This document shows, one piece after another, positions 53,124 through 62,601 of a DNA stretch of 64,000 bases. A program made the translations under genes and the position numbers. The notes under the pieces are model-generated. The model saw only the letters and a list, made by a program, of their open reading frames with translations. It made no database searches and had not been told where the DNA came from. Numbering within the stretch: position 1 is the first letter of the stretch; every line of letters begins with the position of its first letter. Source of the stretch: Bigelowiella natans CCMP2755 (lineage: Eukaryota > Protista > Cercozoa); the NCBI GenBank assembly GCA_000320545.1, contig ADNK01002286.1, positions 62,001 through 126,000 of the forward strand, in the 5' to 3' direction.

Positions 53124-53890
53124 CATGATGTCTCCTTTTTCCTAAGTTAGTATTAACTACCACATGTTACTCCTCCTACTGCTACTTGTGGCTGCACTCC
53201 CAATAATAAATGATAATTAATAATAATAATAATAACAATAATAAGGTTCCGGTCGTGGAGGACGTGTGCTTCTGCACGATGCAGAGCGAAAATAAAAGCT
53301 CTGATAGCACCTCCCTTGTTCTTCTTATCATAGGAGTGGTAGATAATCAATTTTTCCTTCGTCACGTCAAAATACTACTACGTACTACGCGAGGAAGGAG
53401 GATTTAAGGGGGGGGGGGGGCGGGTTCAAGAAATAAAGAAAAGATGAACTCTTTTATCATGATATATTCACCTATGATCAGGCATGTGCGGGAGTGCTGA
53501 TGTGTTGTTGCATCTACTTCACCTGGAAGTTCTGTTGTAAAAAGTTAAGAAGAAGTAGAGAACAAAGGTGGCTGAAATAATACATGCTGATTTCTATGTG
53601 TGAGAGATATAAAACAAACACCGGTGTTTGGTTCCGCCAACCGCTTGTCCAATCGTATTCATTCTACTCGCCAATCTTTTATCTCCATAAGAGTCAAATA
53701 TTAGAGGCTTTTCCTCATTGATTATTGGAGAAGTATTCAATTTGACTTCAATCAACAGAGTAAACTCGGGGCTCACAACGGATTCTCTCCAGAATGAAAA
53801 CCTAATGTGAGCGTTGCTTTTCAGTCAATCTGATAGTAATATATTGAAATGCAGATTCTGGTGAATGATATATACAATCAGGTTGTGATG
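50724..53890 (+). CDS. Mucin-like (SPS/PTxxP repeat) type I membrane protein; 3' end uncertain
   Basis: Signal peptide MMINHPALLIIV|GIFLLQISTARA, then Ser/Pro/Thr-repeat exons and a globular juxtamembrane region, then TM LVLLIIGACAGVLMCCCIYFTW followed by basic KFCCKKLRR. Confidence 0.75.
50864..50941. repeat. (TG)n microsatellite in an intron
   Basis: Uninterrupted TG array of ~78 bp. Confidence 0.95.
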
Positions 53891-54149
53891 ACCATAATAG
53901 AATGTTTCTACGGGGTTTAAGCAGCCAGCAGATTCAGTTGTACATACCTCAATTCACAACGTCACGCTACAGCACGTCTGGCCAAGGCACAATCCTTGCT
54001 ATTTGAGATTCTTAGATACAAAGATATTGACTTGATCATAAAATAATAATCGAAGCATAAGCTACAAAGGTTTCATTGTGTTTCAGCAGCACAATCAAGT
54101 TTATACGATGCTGCTGCAACTCGAACAACGACAATGATTTTATTATTGT

Positions 54150-54650
54150 ACTGGCTTATGCATGTAGCGTGCTGCGTGGCCTGGAACACGACGCGCACGC
54201 CGCTTCCGTATTTTCAAGCATGAAAGACAGCAGAATGGAAACAAACAAGCAAAATGTAAGCGCTGTGCTAGCTAGCGCTAGCTGTGGCCGCTGCTTTGCA
54301 TAGCTATATATTTTTGTAGTAATGTACTGAGTAGCCAGCACTAGTAGCTTGTACAGTCTAGCAGGCGACAACTAGCTAGCTATTTAGATATGCGTGTCGT
54401 AGCTAGACAGGGGGGTGACGAAGACACGCTAGCACGTTCTAGCGTACAGCGTCCTAGCGTCGCAGAACGTGTGACGTATGTACAAGATGTACGTCTAGCA
54501 AGTCTATAATAGCACGGAATTATTGTCTACATTAGTGTGGATTCAACTTAGGAGAAACACAGGCATTTTAGATTTACATCATGCTAGCAAGATAGATCCT
54601 GCTCTAGTGCTAGCTGGTCGCAGGATCAGACTAGCAGATAGAATAATGCC
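54150..54650. other. Palindrome-rich tract T6 between convergent mucin-like (+) and glutaredoxin (-) genes
   Basis: agctagcgctagct at 54270, actagctagcta, CACGCTAGCACG at 54425, CATGCTAGCAAG at 54580, many CTAG. Confidence 0.85.
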
Positions 54651-54663
54651 CACGATTGTGCAT

Positions 54664-55467
54664 TCACGAAAACAAATTTTCTATAGTTTCGGCCAAATCC
54701 CCTGATTCATAACCCTGTACAGTGTGTAGTAGTTGTAAATGTTAGAAAGCCGTCCGAGTACTTAAGCATGTACAATCTACAGAAATTGATCATATTCTCC
54801 ATTAGTGCTAGTATTTGTAGTCGTCAAACAGACCTGTAGCATGATGTCGCAGCCTCCATAGAACTCCCCACCGATGTATACCTGTATGTCACGACACCAT
54901 AGATTCCATGCGTCGTGCTTAAATTAGGATAACTATAATAATCAATACAACTGGACAACTCAATGGCAAATGTCTTCAAACTTTCAGATCGATCATACAT
55001 GAGAGTACGCATCTGCTGCCACAGCAGCGGGGGGATGATGACGGTTCCATACTTTAATTCGGATGCTCATATCTTCATATTGCAAACATTCGAATAATCG
55101 GTAAATCATTACATCTCTCTTACAACTGACCTGTGGAAAAGTGGGCCAATCGGAGTAAACCTGCATTTATTATCATCAATTTATATGTCATAGCTGCTAA
55201 GATTGTTTTACGTTTCTGAACAGTGAGTGGCTCACACTTGCACACCTTCATTCCCTGGCGAATCATCTCATTCTCGAGCACATTCACAGTCTCAAATCTG
55301 TTGAAAAGATAATTGAGCTAAAACGTAGTACCGTCAAAGTCAAAGCACGTCAGAATGAGCTGCTTACTCGACGCCCAGACGATTTAAGATCCCCACGCAC
55401 GTGTTCTATTGATTATGAATTACATGAAGACAGTAAAATGGATATGCTACATTATTTTGGCAACGAT

Positions 55468-55512
<45 letters not shown>

Positions 55513-55919
55513 GGGGGGGGGAGGGGGGGAGGAGAAGGAGGAGGATGAGGTCTATATATTAATTAGTAGGTAGCAATCTTAGAAGTAAATAAAACACAAC
55601 TGACTGAGAATCCACATTGAGGAAAGTCCTTCGTTCCTTTCATGAACAAAACGATTTTGTTATCCTGTAGTAGGTAGTTACAGAACTCAATATTAGTGTC
55701 AGAAGAAGAAGGAGTTATCCCATCATCACTCTTAATAATGTCAGAAGAAGCTATCTCAGCACTCTTTTTTCTGTTGTTTACACCCATCAATCGAATCCAT
55801 TATCTTCTAGTATTTCCTTTTGGTTCTTCATTGAATTTACTTTTATGAGTGCGTCAATCGCATTTTTAAGTGATGGGAGAAAGCGGTGCCTGTGCTCGGC
55901 TTTGATAAAAATTAGTATA

Positions 55920-55961
<42 letters not shown>

Positions 55962-56681
55962 CGCACACAGAGGAGGAGGACGAGGAGGAGGAGGAGGAGG
56001 AGGAGGAGCAACAAGCGTAAGTATGTATATATTCGCCCTCATGCATGGATATAGACAAAATGCGAACGCGAGCACACACATGCACACGCAGTCTTGCACG
56101 AGTACAGAATATTGAGTGAATATCACACCTTACAACTAATCGTTGTCGCCCTCTTCGTTGTCCCAGCTGTGGCAACGCTCTTCCGATGTCGCTATGCTTT
56201 GGAATATTGAAATCACGAGAATGCCTGAAAGATACATCTTAGCGTTTAGACAGCATATCGACTCTTCATCTTCTTCTTTCTATTCACAAATGAATAGCTC
56301 TTATTTTTTCTATTCACAAATCAATGACATGCAAATCGATGGTGTCGTGTAGATTATTGATCTGCTACTCGAAGTATCGATAGTAATTCATAATTCGCTC
56401 CAATAATTACATATTGGTAATCCTTGTCGAAGAAGTGCGAATGGGCAACACGCGTAGTGAAGCTGTCAGATCGAGAGCTCTAGTGTCGTGCACCCCCCTA
56501 TCGGAAGCAAAAGCGACCATGCACATCCCACCTACTACCATTTGAAAGGTGAATAAACGCAGGAAGATCAATTGGTTCGATTTTGATGTATCACGTTCAG
56601 CCTGTAGTTATATTTACCGAATAGCACAGAAGCGACTAGAGGGGCGATGAGTCCATTGTTCTTGTTTGGGTGGACGGGCAT
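54664..56681 (-). CDS. Monothiol CGFS glutaredoxin (Grx5/GrxS14-like), plastid-targeted, ~10 exons
   Basis: DNKIVLFMKGTKDFPQCGFS|NTCVGILNRLGVE|FETVNVLENEMIRQGMK|VYSDWPTFPQ|VYIGGEFYGGCDIMLQ|GYESGDLAETIENLFS*. Leader MPVHPNKNNGLIAPLVASVLFGGMCMVAFAS...RRGRQRLVVRA; start less certain than the core. Confidence 0.92.
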
Positions 56682-56950
56682 GGTGGGTCTCCTTTTTTGG
56701 TACTTGGTAGTGATCCGTTCTTCTCCGTACGACTTCACAAATGGGATGACAATGGAACCAAATCCAGGCTATTTCTCAATTTTATATTATCATAAATCCC
56801 ATGCATCTTCTACCTACGACGAACCTTATAACTGTTATAAATTAACGGGAAGGCATCGGAAGTGATGGAGGGAGGTGTGGATCTACGAGAGAGATGGTTT
56901 CTGATTGCCATATTTCCAACCTTTAAGTAATCAACGGAAGCGACGGAAAG
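56682..56950. promoter_or_regulatory. Compact putative bidirectional promoter between glutaredoxin and NRT2
   Basis: About 270 bp between two divergent predicted start codons. Confidence 0.5.
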
Positions 56951-57573
56951 ATGACGAATGAGGTAGAAGGAGAACGTAACCAACACAACAATGATGAAAA
57001 GGAGGAGGAGGAGCAGCAGCAGCAGAAAATGCCACCCATGAAGCAGAGACTTACTCAATCACAAATGGAATTCTTCCTCGATTATAACCCGATCACGCTT
57101 AAGGCTGTAGAATATAAGATCTACTCGTGCGCTCGTCCTCATATGAGGGGATTTCACCTTGCTTGGACCTCTTTTCTAGTCGGTCAGTGCTACTTCCAAC
57201 TCTTTTTTGCAAAGCTTGTTTGCTCCATTTTTCTGTTGTGTTTTGCAGTTGTGCGTTGAATACAATTATTTTGGACGCAGCATTTATAGCTTGGTTCTCT
57301 ATCGCTCCATTGGCTCCCGCGATAAAGGAGACGCTGGGCCTGAAAAAATCGGATCTTCTATGGGCTAATATATCTTCGGTGCTATCGACGGTCTTCGCAA
57401 GGTTTGCAGTGGGACCTGTAATGGATCATGTAGGGCCGAGAAAGAGCCAGGCCTTCATCCTAATGTTCGCAGCTATTCCAACGTGCTTTGCAGGGCTGAT
57501 CCAGGATGTTGTGGGACTTTGCATCATCCGTGGTCTGATCGGAGTTGCAGGCGCGGCCTTCGTTGGATGCCAG

Positions 57574-57614
<41 letters not shown>

Positions 57615-59049
57615 TTGAACGAGATCAACCTATCCCTCCCAACCACTATCTCTCCTCGTCCTAATTTGGCAATTTATCTATCTAAAGTGCAGCACCAACT
57701 CAGTATTCGCATTTGTTGTTTCCCGTGACAGGTTTTGGTGTACTTTGATGTTCGAGAAGGAGATTGCTGGAAGTGTCAACGCCATTGCAGGCGGCTGGGG
57801 CAATCTTGGCGGTGGGCTGACACAGGCACTCATGGTCGTCAGCATCATTTATCTCGAAGAAAGAATCATCAGGAAAGGGGGGGGAGGGGAAGGAGAAGTC
57901 AATTATACGTGACCTTGGGTACATGTAGATGCTCATTATGAAGAGACTTGAAGAGAGGATGAAAACATATGCAATGTCGGCGTCGTTTGAAGAAAGAGCA
58001 ACTAGAAATTAATCTGCATTTATTTCTTGATTCCTCATGCAGCTATTTAATCTTATTTATTAGGTTGGTATCTTCTCGATGAATACAGCTTCACCAGGAT
58101 GTGATCAGGAGTGCGGCTGGCGGAACGCATTTTTCATTCCTGCATTTGCACTTATGCTGGCGTCCGTGTTGATACTATTTCTCGGCGATGATTGTCCTCA
58201 GGGGCACTATATTCCTCCAGTAGTCCAAGAAACAACAACAACAACAACAACAACAACGCAGCATGCCATCCAAAGCAACACTGATCAAAAGAAAATGAAG
58301 CGCCGAAAAGCGCATATTGCCGATGTTGCGGGTAATCCGCAAGTGTGGGCCCTCGTCCTTCAGTACGCTTGCTGTTTTGGAATGGAGCTGCATGTCAACA
58401 ATACCATTGCACTTTACTATTACGATCGGTTCGGTTTGGGAATCACGACGGCGGGACTTGTGGCTTCGTTGTTTGGCTTGACAAATATCTTCGCACGTGC
58501 ATGGGGAGGGATGATTTCTGACTTGTGCTATAAACACTGGGGAATGAATGGCCGCAAGTACAGCCTTGTTTGCCTAGCTTGCTCAGAGGGGGTCCTTCTC
58601 ATCGTGTTTTCAAGAATGCCTACCTTACCAAGCTCTATCACCATGATGGTGATATTCTCAGTAGTCGTCCAAGCTACTGAGGGAAGTACTTTCGGCATTG
58701 TGCCCTATGTAGATCCCTTGAATAGTGGCGGGGTAATGAATGAACCATATGGTGCTGTATTGCCAGTAGTAGTAACTGATAGTGGTAGTATTAGTAGGTA
58801 TATAGTACTAGTACTAGTCCGTCTCGTTGTAGTAGTCGTAGTAGTAGCACAACAGAGAATTTTAAGAACAACTCATAGCAGTAGTGAGTGAGGGAGTCAG
58901 TGAGTGATGATAGTGACAATGGTAAAAAAGGATTGCTATTCTCTCCTTCTACCGCAGCTCCACACACATTGAACATCATCATCATCATCATTATCAAGTT
59001 ACGATGATAGTAGCTGCGTATTGAAAACACACACACACACACACATATG

Positions 59050-59086
<37 letters not shown>

Positions 59087-59579
59087 ATATAATGTTCATA
59101 TCACGTTTATATTATTATTATTATAGGTGTGTGGATTTGTCGGTGCCGGTGGTAACATCGGAGCTGTGGTTTGGGGATTGGTGTTTCTTTCAACACCAAA
59201 CTTCAGTGACGGGTATGATGATGAAGGAAGGCTGTAGCTCAGTTATTACGAGAAAAAATGAGTGAAGTTGTAACGAATGAATTACGATATATCACAATGT
59301 ATCATTGGCATCGGACTTGATGCTGTTGTTTAACTTCTTCTTTGACCTTTCTGTCACGGTATTCATCTTATCATCTCCTTTGCTCCTCCTCCATGCAGTT
59401 ACATGATCTTAGGATTCGTTGTGCTCTGCGTGGGGCTCCTGGGCATACCGACAATTAGGACGACGCATTATGATACAATGTCACATAAGCGGAGCAAGCA
59501 CAATCAGAGTTCTGCACTACAATTAGGTAGTTTGGACTCTAAGAACGACAACAGCGTCACAAAACAAGAAATGCTTTAG
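56951..59579 (+). CDS. NRT2: High-affinity nitrate transporter (MFS, nitrate/nitrite porter family), 6 exons
   Basis: ARPHMRGFHLAW, AFIAWFSIAPL, nitrate signature AGGWGNLGGG, QYACCFGMEL, NIFARAWGG, EGSTFGIVPYV, GFVGAGGNIG; stop at 59577-59579. Confidence 0.96.
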
Positions 59580-59699
59580 TGAAGCATGTGGGGCTTTTTG
59601 CTGTGCCGCATACACTGTTATCTGAGGACGCTGTTGTCATTCTTATGGTCTAAAGTTGAAGAAAATTACGCTAGTATGATAATGAATTTCATCCCTCAC

Positions 59700-60070
59700 C
59701 TCCGTCATCGCAGCATCACAGCATGCCATCATTTGCTCCATGTGCACTAGTGGCTATGATGAGCATGCGTTCATATATAAGTAATTGACTCATGTGCAGC
59801 GGTAGACGAGCACTCGCGGCACAAGTGCCAGACACACGCACACACATCTAGCTAAGACATAGTTGTGTCGCCATGGGAGCCTACGTACTAGCTACTTCTT
59901 GTTTGATCTGCACTATATTACAATGAATGCCATGCTTCCGCTTGATAGTCAGCTTCCATCCATTACATCGGTTCATGAGGCATGCATTATAGCGTGTGGC
60001 ACGGCGCTGCTACGGTGTAAGCTGGTGAGCACATGTATGTATGTAACCTGCGAAGTAATTATATATATGT
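59700..60070. other. Palindrome-rich tract T7 (weaker) between convergent NRT2 (+) and DUS (-)
   Basis: catgtgcactagtg, gagcatgcg, catctagcta, tacgtactagcta, ggcatgcatt, cacatgta. Confidence 0.6.
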
Positions 60071-60227
60071 AAAATCTAATAAATGAACAATTGTTCGAGT
60101 GTTGCACACCCCATATATGCCTCGATACATTACTACGTCAAACCAGATTACACCAACTACAATTGATACAGTGAGTCGGTACGCATTGTCATCTTCTTCG
60201 TCATTACTCCCTGGCATCGACGTACAT

Positions 60228-60619
60228 TCACTCATCGTCCTCAGACGTAGTATCTACTTCGTCATTGCCTTCGTCGCTATCATCATCGTCATCGCCGAAG
60301 ATTGAGAACCTGCAAACGTAAACGGACCGACGTAGCAATTAGCACAAGCACGTGCAATACATGTCGCTATTACTGAGCATATCAATGCTGCGTGGGTGGA
60401 CAATCTGGATGTTACTGTTGGATGTGATTGCGCAACAACAACAACAATAATGACAAAGCTATGTGCCATTGGCTACTTGATTCTACGTTTGAATATAGCT
60501 ATAGACAGAGAACAACACCTGATAGTCTTTCCTCTTCCTTCCTCTTTCTCTGCAGCACGCTCCGCCTTACAGGATACCGACCCATTAGCAGCAGTCAGTC
60601 ATATTTGGAAGAATGAAAT

Positions 60620-60660
<41 letters not shown>

Positions 60661-60851
60661 GCGTTTTTATTTGATGAATCTACATTAGAATTGGAAGTAC
60701 GGCATCTTACTCTGAGCTTTGCTTGCTTCATCTCCCTCCTCCGTAACGCCTCCTCTCTTCGAGTTCTATGCCTATTACATCACCATCACCAGTAAATCAG
60801 CTACAATAACTCAATCGTCACCATATACGATAAATGCATAAAGTCAATATG

Positions 60852-60887
<36 letters not shown>

Positions 60888-62216
60888 CGTAATATTACTA
60901 CTACCTTCTGTACCAACTAGTCTTTCTTTCTTCAGATATGATAACGAGTTCTTCTTCTTCTTGCTGCTGCTGCTTCTCCTTTCTCTCTTCCTCTTTTTCT
61001 TTTTCTTCGTATCCATTTTTCACTACTTCCCCCTCCTCCTCCTCTTTCTTCTTCTTCTTCTTCTTCTGCTGCTGCTGCTGCTGCTCTATGTTTGCAATCT
61101 GCGCTGCTGCTTTCCTCCTCCTTTCCATGACTAGTTTTGGCCCTTCTTGAAGTTGCTGATAAATATATCATGTACATATTCCGACAGGTGGCAGATAGTA
61201 GATAAAGTCGTATGGTGGTGGTGGTGGTGGTGGTGGTGGTGGTGGTTACTAGTAGCAGTCATCATGTTCATGCTCAATAGGAAGAAAAAGAAACAAGCAC
61301 AAAACCGTAAACAACTACTAGTTAAGAGGAATGAGTATAGGTTAGTAGTAGCTCATTAGTGAAAGAATGGAAGGCATCATCTCTAAGATGATGATCTGTG
61401 AACTACTACTTACCTCATTAGTGAAAGAATGGAAGGCATCTCTAAGATCTGTGAACTTCATTAGGTCTCTATACAGAAACTTAAACATATGGGGCCTCAT
61501 AGCATGGCCAATCAATGGGCATGGATAAAGGCGAGCATGCTCCAAATACCTAATTGTATAGAAGTACTCACTGGTCAGGAGGAGGATGATGAGAGGTAAT
61601 GATAACCCCGACATAGCCACCACCATCATGAGTCAATATAACGCATCTAACAAGAGAATCGTTTTCGGTACTACCCTTGCTAGCTGCTTGTTGGTAGGCG
61701 TGATCATGCCACTCACTACGACTCACTACTACGACTCACTAGGACTCACTCTTTTGCTATTTGGACGCCATCAGGGGTCTTCCCGCTGAAGATCATGGGG
61801 TTTTCTAGAATGGCTTCTGATACCATCACTCCGTCTGGAGAGGAGGAGTGGAGGAGGAGGAGGAGGAGGTGGAGGAGGAGGAGGAGGGGAGAAGGGAGGA
61901 GGGTTATGCTTCCCATCATTCAAAAATAGCGTATCTGCTACTACGACTGCTACTTCTGTTACTATCATTACTACCAGCCTCTGTCTGCTTCAAGCACTTT
62001 TCCACGTCTTCAAATAGCTCTATTCCTCTACATGATGTAAAACATTCACGTATTATCATCATTATCATCAAAACGAAGGGCAAAACAGACAGAAACAAGG
62101 CAACTTCATCATTACGACGACGACGACGACGACTACTACTACTACTACTACTACTAACGATAGTGTTGATGTACGTCATTGCTTGTAGAATGCAAGCGGA
62201 GGATTTGAGAAAGGAG

Positions 62217-62267
<51 letters not shown>

Positions 62268-62567
62268 TTAGCACGTACATACTTACCCGTTGGAGAAAAC
62301 TGGGATCTTGAGCTCTTGTTTCACCTTCCGGATGATATCAAAATTGCACGCACCTGTAGTGGAAAGAGAGAATTAGTAAAATATAACACAAGTCGTCTCG
62401 TCTCGTCTGTGGTGGAGGACTTAATGGCGGATGATAAAAAGCAAAAAGGTAGCAAAGGTGCGAGCAGTAAGGTGACAATTATGAGAGCAGCGTATTGTTC
62501 ATGGTGTGCAGATACTACAAATGACTGAAGATACATCAGTGAAAGAGAAAATTTATGATAATAATCA

Positions 62568-62601
<34 letters not shown>

